From a virus (taxonomy: Duplodnaviria > Caudoviricetes): a stretch of 42,338 bases of DNA. Below, piece by piece: positions 19,505 to 29,239 of this stretch (its first letter is position 1; the number at the start of each line of letters is the position of its first letter). The stretch lies in IMG/VR virus record IMGVR_UViG_3300027406_000005, positions 1-42,338 of that record; one strand, written 5' to 3'. Both the position numbers and the translations under genes were made by a program. The notes below the pieces were generated by a model that worked only from the letters and a program-made list of their open reading frames with translations, did not search any database and was not told the DNA's origin.

Positions 19505-20878
19505 TTATATTTGAATTACGATTTTAATATCTTCTGCTGCATTAGCTGATCTTGTTACTGCTGCTCTATTATCTATAAAGAGAACATCACCCGATGATTG
19601 ATTTACGTCAGAGTATGTAAATGCTCTTGTATCTGCATCATAGCTTGCAGATATTAAAGTACCTGCTCCAGCACCACTACCTTGTTCAGTAACAGGTTCA
19701 TTTTCTTGGAATGCTAAAAAGCCAGTGTCTTCTGTCTGGTGATAATAAATCTTATCTGAGTCAAAGCTATCAACATATGCTTTAGCTCCAGATGTTCCAC
19801 CTACAATAACATTGTCTGCTGTAAAGGCTGAAGTAATAGTAGACAAATCAAAGAGTAGATATGGTAATGCAATACCAGTCTCTGCTGTAAAGTCTGAGTC
19901 TGCATGCATCTTAGGATTCTTAATAAGACCAATCTGACGGAAGTCGTTACCAACAATAAAGTCACCACTCTCAGTTCCATCTGGTTTGGCATTAAACATT
20001 AGTGCACGTGATCTTAAATCATCTCTTGGATCTGCTCCGACACCAGCTTTTGGACCAAAGATAGGTCTTACGGCTGCACTTGTGCCGCCACCACCAGTGA
20101 TAGTAATATCAGCATAGCTATAACCAGAACCGAATACCATTGTATTGTCTGATTCTAATACTTCGACTTTAGTAAGAATGTTACCAGCAATAGTTGCCAC
20201 AGCTTTAGCTCCAGTACCATCACCTGCAATAGTAACAGCAGGTGAAGATGTATAACCAGAACCACCATTTGTTACTGTATATCCTAGAAGTTGCCCAGGT
20301 ACTGCTGCATTCTGAATACCAAATTGTTCCACTTCTGATGCTGATGAATTGCCATCAGTTGATAAAATCTTAGTCACAGGCATAAAGTTAGCTGCTAAGA
20401 ATTTAGAAACAGTAAGTGCACCTAGTGAGTATAAGAATTTCCATACATAACCATCAGACGTTTTAAATGCACCTGCTGCAGTCCCTGTGGGTTTCACAGT
20501 GGATATAACAGAAGCCCCCGCCGCATTACGTCCTGGTTGTAAACAAATGTATACATGGTTTTCATCAGTAAATACATAATATGATTGATTAGGATGGCCA
20601 GCTTGATCATCATTAAAGCCCGAATAGATAGAACCAGAGGACCAATTATATCTTGGAACAACAAACGTTTTATCTGCTACTGTCTTCATTGACTGTAGAG
20701 AAAAACCAAGGTTTCTAACTTCTCGTAAAGTATTCTCTGGTGTTGGTGCAGTATCTGTTCCGTTCCAGACTTCTGATTTACCAATACCAATATAATAGTT
20801 ATTATCAGAACTGTCGATATCAGTAATGATGCTTTCTAAAACTTGCTTTTTAAGTTTATCTGTAATTATCGCCGCCAT
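19505..20878 (-). CDS. gp8: Baseplate wedge subunit gp8
   Basis: YYIGIG, VPRYNW, VYICL, DGYVWKFLY, FMPV, DFRQIGL, EDIKIVI. Confidence 0.88.
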   Translation of the reverse strand: MAAIITDKLKKQVLESIITDIDSSDNNYYIGIGKSEVWNGTDTAPTPENTLREVRNLGFSLQSMKTVADKTFVVPRYNWSSGSIYSGFNDDQAGHPNQSYYVFTDENHVYICLQPGRNAAGASVISTVKPTGTAAGAFKTSDGYVWKFLYSLGALTVSKFLAANFMPVTKILSTDGNSSASEVEQFGIQNAAVPGQLLGYTVTNGGSGYTSSPAVTIAGDGTGAKAVATIAGNILTKVEVLESDNTMVFGSGYSYADITITGGGGTSAAVRPIFGPKAGVGADPRDDLRSRALMFNAKPDGTESGDFIVGNDFRQIGLIKNPKMHADSDFTAETGIALPYLLFDLSTITSAFTADNVIVGGTSGAKAYVDSFDSDKIYYHQTEDTGFLAFQENEPVTEQGSGAGAGTLISASYDADTRAFTYSDVNQSSGDVLFIDNRAAVTRSANAAEDIKIVIQI

Positions 20879-20887
20879 TGTTTTTCC

Positions 20888-21889
20888 TTATGAAGCAACT
20901 GTTTTCGATGCCAAGTGCCAGTTAGAGCCGGACCATATAAAGAAACCAGCTTCATTTTGAGCAACAGTAACTGATGATGCACCACGTAAGTTAGTAGGTG
21001 TAATCACAACAGTTCCTGCGCCGCTGTTAAAAAAGTATTTAATCTCACCAGCACCAGCATCTCCAGCGTTACCATTGGCTAGTGTAATACCCGTAAGATT
21101 AGATGTTCCTGCAAAGTGTGTAGTTGGTACTGTAAGACTCATAGCTTGTGCAGATGCAGTGATCTTTTCAGCTTTAAATCTAACACCATTCTCATGAGCA
21201 ATTTGTCCAGAACCTTTAGAACCAAATCTAAGATCAATGTCTGCATCAAAACCTTTTGAAGATATTGATGGGCCAGTACCACTTGCTGCGTTACCAATAA
21301 GAATTTGGTTAACAGCAGATGATGTTGCAGTAACTTCGATAAGCTCTGCTCCGTTTAAATCATTGATAGATGTACCAACTTTAGGTGTATTTAGTATTGG
21401 TGAGGTAAGAGTTTTATTTGTAAGAGTTTGAGTATGATCATTAAATACAAATGTATCACTATCAGTCAAGAGAGGAAGATTAATATTTCTATCTGCCGCT
21501 AATTCACTTACAGCTACAATATACTGGTGATCTGCACTCGTATCATTAAACTGTGGAGTTGTTAGAATAGGAGAAGTCAAAGTCTTATTAGACATTGTCT
21601 GCGTTGCTGTATTAGAAATAACTTGTGTACCTACTGCAGGTAGAGCAAGAGTAATATCACTCGATGGGTTACTTGCAACTAGTGTTGTTTCCCACTGGTC
21701 TACATTAGTGCCTTCAAACTTAACACCTTGATCAGTAAGACTTACTCCTGATGCAAGCTGATCGGAATCTCCACCTAGTAGTAAGTAAATATCGACAAAA
21801 TTATCATTTAATTTTTGACCTGCAATACGGAGTGTATCACCAGTTCCGTCATTAGCAGTAGTGCCTGTGTTTACTATTTGTCTTGCCAT
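20888..21889 (-). CDS. gp9: Baseplate wedge tail-fibre connector gp9/gp10-like
   Basis: N-terminal GTTANDGTGDTLR...K.NDNF..IY motif; QTLTNKTLTSP repeats. Confidence 0.75.
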   Translation of the reverse strand: MARQIVNTGTTANDGTGDTLRIAGQKLNDNFVDIYLLLGGDSDQLASGVSLTDQGVKFEGTNVDQWETTLVASNPSSDITLALPAVGTQVISNTATQTMSNKTLTSPILTTPQFNDTSADHQYIVAVSELAADRNINLPLLTDSDTFVFNDHTQTLTNKTLTSPILNTPKVGTSINDLNGAELIEVTATSSAVNQILIGNAASGTGPSISSKGFDADIDLRFGSKGSGQIAHENGVRFKAEKITASAQAMSLTVPTTHFAGTSNLTGITLANGNAGDAGAGEIKYFFNSGAGTVVITPTNLRGASSVTVAQNEAGFFIWSGSNWHLASKTVAS

Positions 21890-21917
21890 TTTAACTCTCG
21901 TTTAAATCTGTTATCTT

Positions 21918-21925
21918 TATTTATA
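21918..21925 (-). promoter_or_regulatory. T4-type late promoter TATAAATA
   Basis: Exact consensus in the intergenic gap upstream of the gp9-like gene. Confidence 0.8.
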
Positions 21926-21929
21926 ATGG

Positions 21930-22904
21930 TTATGCTGAGTCTGAATCGTACCAAACGTAATTAACTTTATCAAATGTCTCAAGATCAATATCCATTCTTG
22001 GTACACGGAAGTCAATTCCAGCACTATCTTCATCGTGTGTTGGAGAAGTAACACTTGCAAACTCTGCAAGGTCATCGTATGTTCTATCAATCTGTTCTAG
22101 TGTATATGTATTATATCTCTCAACCGTTGATCTCACATCTGTTCTTACCATTGAATCATCTGATAGTGCAAACAATTGTGTAATATCAAGCTGTGTTGGT
22201 ACTGGATCAAAGTCAGCTACGGATATCAAGATTGGATCTGGGTTGATGTTTGGTATCGCAAATGGCATAATACTATTATTATCAGGATTATCAGAAACAA
22301 TTTGAACTTCTCCACCAACATACATACCTGCAGGGTGGACGAATAGTTTATATTCTTCTAACCAACTTGAGATAGGCTGATCTGCTTTAATAAGAACAGC
22401 AAACTCTTGATATAACTTATCATCTGTAAGATACTTTTGTGACTCAGGGCCAATCTTTGATGCTTCTATGTCATCTCTATTACCTACAATAAACACATTC
22501 TCTTTTGTATATACAACATCTGGTGAGACACCAAAGAATGTACGGAAGAATTGTTGAATACTATAAAGGGAACCCTTTGATCTATAGAGTGTATTAGAAT
22601 ATTTTGCTGCAGCTCTTTTATTTTCAAAGCCTTCAAAGTATTGTTGACCAAGTAGTAACTCGTCTTCAATATAAGAAAGCAATTCTATATCAGCTTCAGT
22701 AATATCTCTTGTTCTGAATAGATCATCTAAGTAGCGAGTAGGAGACGCACTGTCTTGATCATAGTCATAGTATGCCTCAAGAAAAGAAACAATCTTTGGA
22801 TATTCTTGTAGAAAATAAGCAGGCAGAATACTCTTTACTGAACGTGTATCCAGTAGCGATAGACTTCGTCTGTTATTATCAATTCTTGTTTTATCTTGAG
22901 CCAT
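21930..22904 (-). CDS. gp7: Baseplate wedge subunit gp7-like (compact)
   Basis: FLEAYY, LYRSKGS..S...FFR..FG, VHPAG motifs; lies immediately downstream of gp6. Confidence 0.7.
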   Translation of the reverse strand: MAQDKTRIDNNRRSLSLLDTRSVKSILPAYFLQEYPKIVSFLEAYYDYDQDSASPTRYLDDLFRTRDITEADIELLSYIEDELLLGQQYFEGFENKRAAAKYSNTLYRSKGSLYSIQQFFRTFFGVSPDVVYTKENVFIVGNRDDIEASKIGPESQKYLTDDKLYQEFAVLIKADQPISSWLEEYKLFVHPAGMYVGGEVQIVSDNPDNNSIMPFAIPNINPDPILISVADFDPVPTQLDITQLFALSDDSMVRTDVRSTVERYNTYTLEQIDRTYDDLAEFASVTSPTHDEDSAGIDFRVPRMDIDLETFDKVNYVWYDSDSA

Positions 22905-22913
22905 GTTTACTTC

Positions 22914-24743
22914 TTATGTTGATGTAACAATAACACCTTGAGAGAATGATGGACCAGCATCATATTCTAAGACGTCATTTCTAATAGGGCTAATAGCAGA
23001 CTGATTAGCTGGCGTTACAGTAATTTTAATATAGTCAGTACCACCAATAATTTCTTCTACTAAAAGACCTACAATACTAACAGTAGCAGTTGACGCCTGG
23101 TATGAACCAACGTTGTCATTTAAGATAGTCTGTGAAGATAATGCTAATACTTCTAATTTAGTTGTATTTAGTTTGTTTCTTATAATACATACTTCACCTT
23201 GGTATTGGAATGATGAAGAAATAACACTATATTCTTTAGAATCCGGTTCAGCAATAGTTGCTGGAAATCTAAGTGTAGTATCTTCAAGAATGTCTAAGTT
23301 AGGAACCATTCTCTGCTGTAGTTTAATATTAGCACGTGAAGACAGAACAGCTGAATCCACTTCATCAATAAGAGATAGCATATTTGATCTACGGAATGAT
23401 TGACCAAACTTGCCTACATTAGAAGCAAAGTATGAAGACACTTTATTTTGTATTGTGTCTTGGACATTATTAATAGAGAGTGCAGTCAACTTAGGGTTGA
23501 ACTGGAAGAATACTTCGGTTTCAATAAATGTCTTAACTGGATCCTCAAACTTTACACCAAAGCCAACAACCGATAGTTGTTTAGTCAAGTCTAAAATACT
23601 ATTTTTAGTTGCAGTTATTGCATCTGCAGATACATCATCATTAAAGGCAATAGATAAGAACACCACACCAAATTCTGGTTTAAGTGCATCTTGCCCACCG
23701 AATGCTTGAATATCTTTAATAAGTGTTCCAAAGTTTTTAAGAACAAGTGTAGAGTAATCAACTGCTGTAACCATTCTATTCTGTGCAGCATATTGAAATG
23801 GTGCATTCTTACGAATAGATGCTAGTGACTCAACTGTATCACCACCAATAGATTTAATATTTGTAAGAACATTAATATCAAACGAATCTCCACCAACAAT
23901 AGGTGTTACTTTATTTACTGCAGTAAAAGAAGTTGCGTTATTAGCTTCAGCGCCTTTTACTTGAAGATATTCTATTGTGACTTTATTACCAGCAACTGGT
24001 GTCTTTCCAAGAGTGTTACCATCACCGAATGTAAGCTCATAGAAACCATTTGGTGCTTCTTTCATAATATACAAACGGGAGTTCTCGTCAATCTGTGTTG
24101 CTGTATTAATATTGATATAAGAAGTAAAGGCAGTATCAGACGGTGATTCGAATACTTTTACAACAGCTGTCTCAGTATCAATAGAATTATCTGGTATCAC
24201 ATAGACATCATCAAGACTATCAGCACCTACAAAGAAAGTCTTAACTCTTGCAGTACCTTCTTTAATAGTAATATTACTAGAACCATCTATTGTAAGCATT
24301 TGGTAAAGGCCATAGCCATTATCTGTACCAGTTACTGTTTGTGTTGTTTGGAAAGTATATGTGATATCATCTACAACGGAGGTAAACTGTGTACCAGATG
24401 GTAGAGATAGTGTAACAGGTCTGTTAGCAAGTGCTCCTACATTTACGGATAACTGGACACTAGCAAATGATGCAACCTTTGATTTTGGAATATAACCAAT
24501 ACCTTCAGCAATAGAGACAAGAGAGGATCTCATCTGAGCTGTAGAAAGATATGATTCATTCAAAGCAAAGTTAGCAATCAATCCATTATAGTGTGTGTTA
24601 TATGCTAGAACATCAAGGAGATTGTTAAGACCAGCACCTTCAAAGTTGTAGTCATTAAATTCTTCCTTAGCAGCAAGAAAGGTTTTAAGACTTGTCTTAA
24701 TATTATTAAAATCAAGTTCTGTTGATGAAATTGTAGTAGTCAT
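22914..24743 (-). CDS. gp6: Baseplate wedge subunit gp6
   Basis: ELDF..IK..LK, DYNFEGAGL..LLDVLAYNTHY, NES.LSTA..RSS, FGDG..G, QNRMVTA.DY. Confidence 0.93.
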   Translation of the reverse strand: MTTTISSTELDFNNIKTSLKTFLAAKEEFNDYNFEGAGLNNLLDVLAYNTHYNGLIANFALNESYLSTAQMRSSLVSIAEGIGYIPKSKVASFASVQLSVNVGALANRPVTLSLPSGTQFTSVVDDITYTFQTTQTVTGTDNGYGLYQMLTIDGSSNITIKEGTARVKTFFVGADSLDDVYVIPDNSIDTETAVVKVFESPSDTAFTSYININTATQIDENSRLYIMKEAPNGFYELTFGDGNTLGKTPVAGNKVTIEYLQVKGAEANNATSFTAVNKVTPIVGGDSFDINVLTNIKSIGGDTVESLASIRKNAPFQYAAQNRMVTAVDYSTLVLKNFGTLIKDIQAFGGQDALKPEFGVVFLSIAFNDDVSADAITATKNSILDLTKQLSVVGFGVKFEDPVKTFIETEVFFQFNPKLTALSINNVQDTIQNKVSSYFASNVGKFGQSFRRSNMLSLIDEVDSAVLSSRANIKLQQRMVPNLDILEDTTLRFPATIAEPDSKEYSVISSSFQYQGEVCIIRNKLNTTKLEVLALSSQTILNDNVGSYQASTATVSIVGLLVEEIIGGTDYIKITVTPANQSAISPIRNDVLEYDAGPSFSQGVIVTST

Positions 24744-24744
24744 G

Positions 24745-25185
24745 TTATCTTAACCTCGAAACGACTGAAGTGAGTGTGACGACTTCTTCTGTACTTACTA
24801 CCTTAAAGGTAACTGTCACATTTATTGTGTTTGTATCTATTCTATCAGATACATCTATGTTTAAGACTTCTGCCCTTGGCTCATAGATGTATATTGCATT
24901 ATCAATGTTTTGTCTAATCTGTTGACTTGTTTCGTCATCAGCTAACTCAAAAAGTAAACCTGTTATATCTGCACCAAAGTCATCATTAAAAGGTTTCTCA
25001 AGTCTGTTAGTTGCAACTATATTCTTTACTGATTGTTTTACTGCAGCAGCATCCGTCTTCTTATAGATGTCGCCACTCGGACGCTTTGCAAAAGATAAAT
25101 CTATATCCACATAGTTAATGGTACGAGCAGTAACTAAAGCTGGAGAGTTTGTATCTTTATCCTCAATGGAAAGAACACGAGACAT
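24745..25185 (-). CDS. gp25: Baseplate wedge subunit gp25
   Basis: DIDLSF, AVKQSVKNIV.T...EKPF...FG, YEPR. Confidence 0.92.
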   Translation of the reverse strand: MSRVLSIEDKDTNSPALVTARTINYVDIDLSFAKRPSGDIYKKTDAAAVKQSVKNIVATNRLEKPFNDDFGADITGLLFELADDETSQQIRQNIDNAIYIYEPRAEVLNIDVSDRIDTNTINVTVTFKVVSTEEVVTLTSVVSRLR

Positions 25186-25209
25186 TTAATTTCCTAAAAC
25201 ATTTTCTTT

Positions 25210-25217
25210 TATTTATA
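25210..25217 (-). promoter_or_regulatory. T4-type late promoter TATAAATA
   Basis: Exact consensus upstream of gp25. Confidence 0.8.
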
Positions 25218-25226
25218 ACAATTCTA

Positions 25227-27308
25227 TTAGACTGTTCTTCTTGTTGGCATAAATTTTGGTATATATTCAGCAGCCTCTGTATCAAAGATTGGCTCAACAA
25301 ACGTATTCAATGATTGTGGATAATTATTAAACATCGTTTGACAAATTTGTTCATATCTAATAGTATAGTTTTTTGGTATTTCTGGTATCTGTACGATAAG
25401 TTGCACATTAATATCGCCAGATGGATCATATGAATCATAGTCTAATATAAGTTTATCATATAAACCAACATCTGCTAGCTCACTTGCCAGATCAAATGTG
25501 CCTTCTGCATCAATAAAGCCATCTGGTCCATATAATTCATATACGACAGCTCTACCTTTGGTTCTTAGATCAAGTAAACTATTAGGTGTTATTGTTTCGG
25601 GTGAAAGACCAGACGGATGTCCTAGCCCATATAGTTCTTTTGCATAATAGCCTTCGATAACTCTTAACTCATGTTCTGCCCACTTAGATGTAATACCCAT
25701 ACATCTCTTGGTGAGTTCCATATGAGCAATATAATTTCTTGCAATGGTTTGTCTTTCAGCAAGGTCTAAGTACACAAAAGGTCCAGTATCAACACCACCA
25801 ATAAACCTAGATAAAGTAATACCTTGCGATATAGGTGTTAAGTTGCTAATAGTAGTTGCTTCATCAATTCCTTTTGTGAAGTCATTCAGTAGTGTATATG
25901 TTTGTTTATTCTGATATGATTTAAATGTCTTAGCCCTACGACTAGGATCAATATTACCAAAGTATTCACTATTAGTTTGAGTTGTTCCTTTGGCTGGTCT
26001 TACTCTACCGAACCCCATAAATGGCGCTGAAGTTGCAAATTCAGGAGAAAGAGTACCCTTTCCAACTTGTTCTGTAGTAAATTCACTATTACCAGAGTTG
26101 GCTGGATCTCTCATCTTGGATCTTACATCACCTGTAGAAAGTCTTCGCAGTCTCAGAGCATTTCTAAGGAAGTCATCAACATCAATCTTAACTTCCTTTA
26201 TTCCATTATCACCTTGAGTGAGATAAGAAGTCAGAAGTGCACCCGTGGGTAGAGCAGTAGCTTTTATATCGCGTGCTGTATCATCCACAGTATATTCTGG
26301 ATTAACACCAACACTTGGTGTGTATGTAGATGGAGCAGCACTTCCATCAGGATAGGATTGATGTAATGATGTACCAGCAGTTGTTGCTGTTCTTGCATTA
26401 CCTTCTAGGTCACCATATACTACGTTTGTACTAACCGTTTCAGACCATACTGTTTTTTCTGTATGCATATTATAGTTGTACATAATAATATTCTGACCAC
26501 CGATAGTACCAGTATCACCAAATATTGAGAGTGACTGTGCTGCCATATTAATATCTGGTGCAGATTGTATAAGTTTAGCTTCAGCGGTTTGTTCCATATT
26601 ACCAGAAGCCGCTTGTATAATATCACCTTCTACTGCAGTCTTGTATGTTCCCTTAACTGCGTTCGTAGTGTTACCTAAGAACGTATTTACTGATGACCCA
26701 GCGACAGTCTGAGAAAAGTTACCGGATACTTTATGACCAAAATTACCAAAGACACTTGTTCTACTATTGCCTTCAATATTTTCTTTCTTATCACCTTTGG
26801 CATTTACTTTGTAGTTATTACAGTTGACCTCAAAGTCGCCATCTACATTCAGTGTTAGATTACCTTTATATGTAAGTGTACCATCGCCTTCTACTACAAC
26901 AGTTTGTTCACCGTGAACAACTTCTACCCTTCTAGCACCAGCAACAATAACAATACTACCATCTGGTCTAATATCAATACCATGGGCTGTGTTATGTTTT
27001 ATAAGAATACGTTCAGCACCTGGTGTATCATTCATTTCAAATACATGGCCACTGACTGTTTCATTAGTATCAGAACTATTATATGCAGTAGAACCTAACG
27101 GTGTTAAGTTTATACCAGCACCAACAAAAAGTTGGTGTTGCTGCCCTGCTCTTGATGTTTTATTAGTGGTAGGTTGATTATCATAATCATTGTCTGGATA
27201 TTCTTTATTAGGATCTGACCAAGCATCTCCTTCTGTACCCTGCCCATCAGTAAAGCCTTGACCAAACCTACGGATTCTATCTTCATATCCATCTCTTGAT
27301 GTCGTCAT
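25227..27308 (-). CDS. gp5 C-terminal part (beta-helix spike) with long C-terminal extension
   Basis: ETVSGHVFEMNDTPGAERI..KH motif and VxG 8-residue beta-helix repeats. Confidence 0.75.
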   Translation of the reverse strand: MTTSRDGYEDRIRRFGQGFTDGQGTEGDAWSDPNKEYPDNDYDNQPTTNKTSRAGQQHQLFVGAGINLTPLGSTAYNSSDTNETVSGHVFEMNDTPGAERILIKHNTAHGIDIRPDGSIVIVAGARRVEVVHGEQTVVVEGDGTLTYKGNLTLNVDGDFEVNCNNYKVNAKGDKKENIEGNSRTSVFGNFGHKVSGNFSQTVAGSSVNTFLGNTTNAVKGTYKTAVEGDIIQAASGNMEQTAEAKLIQSAPDINMAAQSLSIFGDTGTIGGQNIIMYNYNMHTEKTVWSETVSTNVVYGDLEGNARTATTAGTSLHQSYPDGSAAPSTYTPSVGVNPEYTVDDTARDIKATALPTGALLTSYLTQGDNGIKEVKIDVDDFLRNALRLRRLSTGDVRSKMRDPANSGNSEFTTEQVGKGTLSPEFATSAPFMGFGRVRPAKGTTQTNSEYFGNIDPSRRAKTFKSYQNKQTYTLLNDFTKGIDEATTISNLTPISQGITLSRFIGGVDTGPFVYLDLAERQTIARNYIAHMELTKRCMGITSKWAEHELRVIEGYYAKELYGLGHPSGLSPETITPNSLLDLRTKGRAVVYELYGPDGFIDAEGTFDLASELADVGLYDKLILDYDSYDPSGDINVQLIVQIPEIPKNYTIRYEQICQTMFNNYPQSLNTFVEPIFDTEAAEYIPKFMPTRRTV

Positions 27309-27319
27309 ATCTTATATTC

Positions 27320-29239
27320 CTAAAATGGTTGTTTTGCGTAGTAAGCATTAATACTACCAACAGTAATCTTGCCATCTGGTCCACGCCATGGTGGATTCAG
27401 TTCGTATGCTCTAGTGCCAGGTTTATATACTTCATAGTCATCACCCCTTCTTGCATATGCAGGAGCGGCTTGCATAATACCTAACTGGCCACCTGGGTAG
27501 CTGTTTTGTACTAAGTATCTTTCATACACTTCTAATTGTTGTGCTGCAGTCATATTTCTTATTTCACCAGTTGTATGCCCTAAACCTTCTGCAGTTGATG
27601 GAATAAATTGGAAGAGACCTGCTGCATCTGTTTTTGAATTTCTGGCATTAAGAATATAATTACTCTCACCTTTTATAACTCTATATAGTTCTTCTCTTGT
27701 TAATCCAGGGAACCTAACCATCATTGCTATAAGTCTTGCAGTAAATTCAGGATCATTATCAAGTATTTCAGCAGACAGTCTGACTTGCCGTGGTTTACTT
27801 TCTAATGCTGCTAAACCAACTGCAACAAGATCACCAGAATTTCTTCTATTAAAGTTTGCAAGTATATATTGTGGTACACTAAATCCAGGGTCCAATGCAT
27901 TATGATCAACATCACTGTGACCAAAGGCTTCGCCACTTGGCCATACATCATAGAAGGATCTTATAAACATCTTAAATGATTTCATTTGCTGTGAAGTAAA
28001 ACTATTTGAAGAAAGATGTTTTCGTGGATTAGGTGTTCTTGGTAAACAATCATAGCCACCAACAATACAAATGCCAATAGATTCAGCATCATTATTACCA
28101 GCTTTTGCATGATAACCTTGTCTGCCTATAGGTCTACCTCTTTGTAATCTACCATCACGTCTAATAACATAATGGTAACCAATGCCACCATCACCAGGTG
28201 TATCAAGGTGCCAGTCGTTTATTTCTTCTGAACCAATGTCTTGTCCATTATATGTTTCGGACCAGTGTACAATTACTTTTTTAATAAGCCTACTTGTATT
28301 TCTCATCTCAGAAATCAATTCTTCAGGACCATCACAGTAAGTAAACATACCTTCAGTTGATTTACCACCAGTCCATGTAGATTCGTTATCACCAATTCTT
28401 ACAGGAGGTAAAACACTACGTTTGATTTGTGAGTCTTCTTTTACCGCAACTGCTGGATCTAAATTAAGACTATTAATTGTTTTTTCTACAACTTCAACTT
28501 CTAGTTCTGTATTATCTGTTATAAGTGTAACAGCTTCTTTCTTTTTATCATTAGTGACTAGACTAATAACTTCCTCTTTGTCTACTTTTGTACCAGATAA
28601 TAAGCCATCTAATACTCTATCTGATTCTGAATTAATTTTTCTAATAAGGTTAGTGAATAGATCACCACCAAAGAAGCCTAACAGATTAGTAAAACTTACA
28701 GTAAATCTAAGAGAAGCTGAACCAAAACCAGTTGAAAAGGAGATACCCTTATTGATAGTATCGTCTATTTTACCAATAGCTCCAGCTGCACGTGCTGGTG
28801 CCAAGTTTTGTAATACGCCTGTTACATCATTAGCTGTTACTGAGGCAGTTAGTTTCAAGGCACGAGCAACAGCTTCTGGAGCACCTGAACCAATAGTTAG
28901 TTTTAGTTTACCATTTGATGGTGCTGTACCAGTAATTTTTTCTAAATCTGTTGAAGCACTTGAAACATCACCAATAAGTTTATCAGCTAATCCTGGGACA
29001 TCTCCTGTAATCTCTACAATAGCATCTACTGCATCACCTAGTTCTTGGTTTGGTATATCTGTTGCTTGTGATAAAGCCTTTATGCCATCTACAACTGTTT
29101 CAGCCTCTGTGAGTGTAGTTTGGAATTGTGCTATTACTTGATCAGCTGCTGGTTGTGCTTTTACAAGAATGTCACCTATGTTAGAGTTTTTTGTAATACT
29201 ACCTAACTGGGCATTAAGGATTCCTAGATCAACTGCCAT
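27320..29239 (-). CDS. Virion-associated peptidoglycan hydrolase: amidase_2 plus lytic transglycosylase-like domain
   Basis: VIVHWS, IGYHYVI, GYHA, SIGICIVGG, GHSDV...DPG (Zn amidase); IKGESNY..ARN...AAGLFQF (SLT-like). Start moved to ATG 29239 (MAVDLG), overlapping the upstream stop. Confidence 0.82.
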   Translation of the reverse strand: MAVDLGILNAQLGSITKNSNIGDILVKAQPAADQVIAQFQTTLTEAETVVDGIKALSQATDIPNQELGDAVDAIVEITGDVPGLADKLIGDVSSASTDLEKITGTAPSNGKLKLTIGSGAPEAVARALKLTASVTANDVTGVLQNLAPARAAGAIGKIDDTINKGISFSTGFGSASLRFTVSFTNLLGFFGGDLFTNLIRKINSESDRVLDGLLSGTKVDKEEVISLVTNDKKKEAVTLITDNTELEVEVVEKTINSLNLDPAVAVKEDSQIKRSVLPPVRIGDNESTWTGGKSTEGMFTYCDGPEELISEMRNTSRLIKKVIVHWSETYNGQDIGSEEINDWHLDTPGDGGIGYHYVIRRDGRLQRGRPIGRQGYHAKAGNNDAESIGICIVGGYDCLPRTPNPRKHLSSNSFTSQQMKSFKMFIRSFYDVWPSGEAFGHSDVDHNALDPGFSVPQYILANFNRRNSGDLVAVGLAALESKPRQVRLSAEILDNDPEFTARLIAMMVRFPGLTREELYRVIKGESNYILNARNSKTDAAGLFQFIPSTAEGLGHTTGEIRNMTAAQQLEVYERYLVQNSYPGGQLGIMQAAPAYARRGDDYEVYKPGTRAYELNPPWRGPDGKITVGSINAYYAKQPF

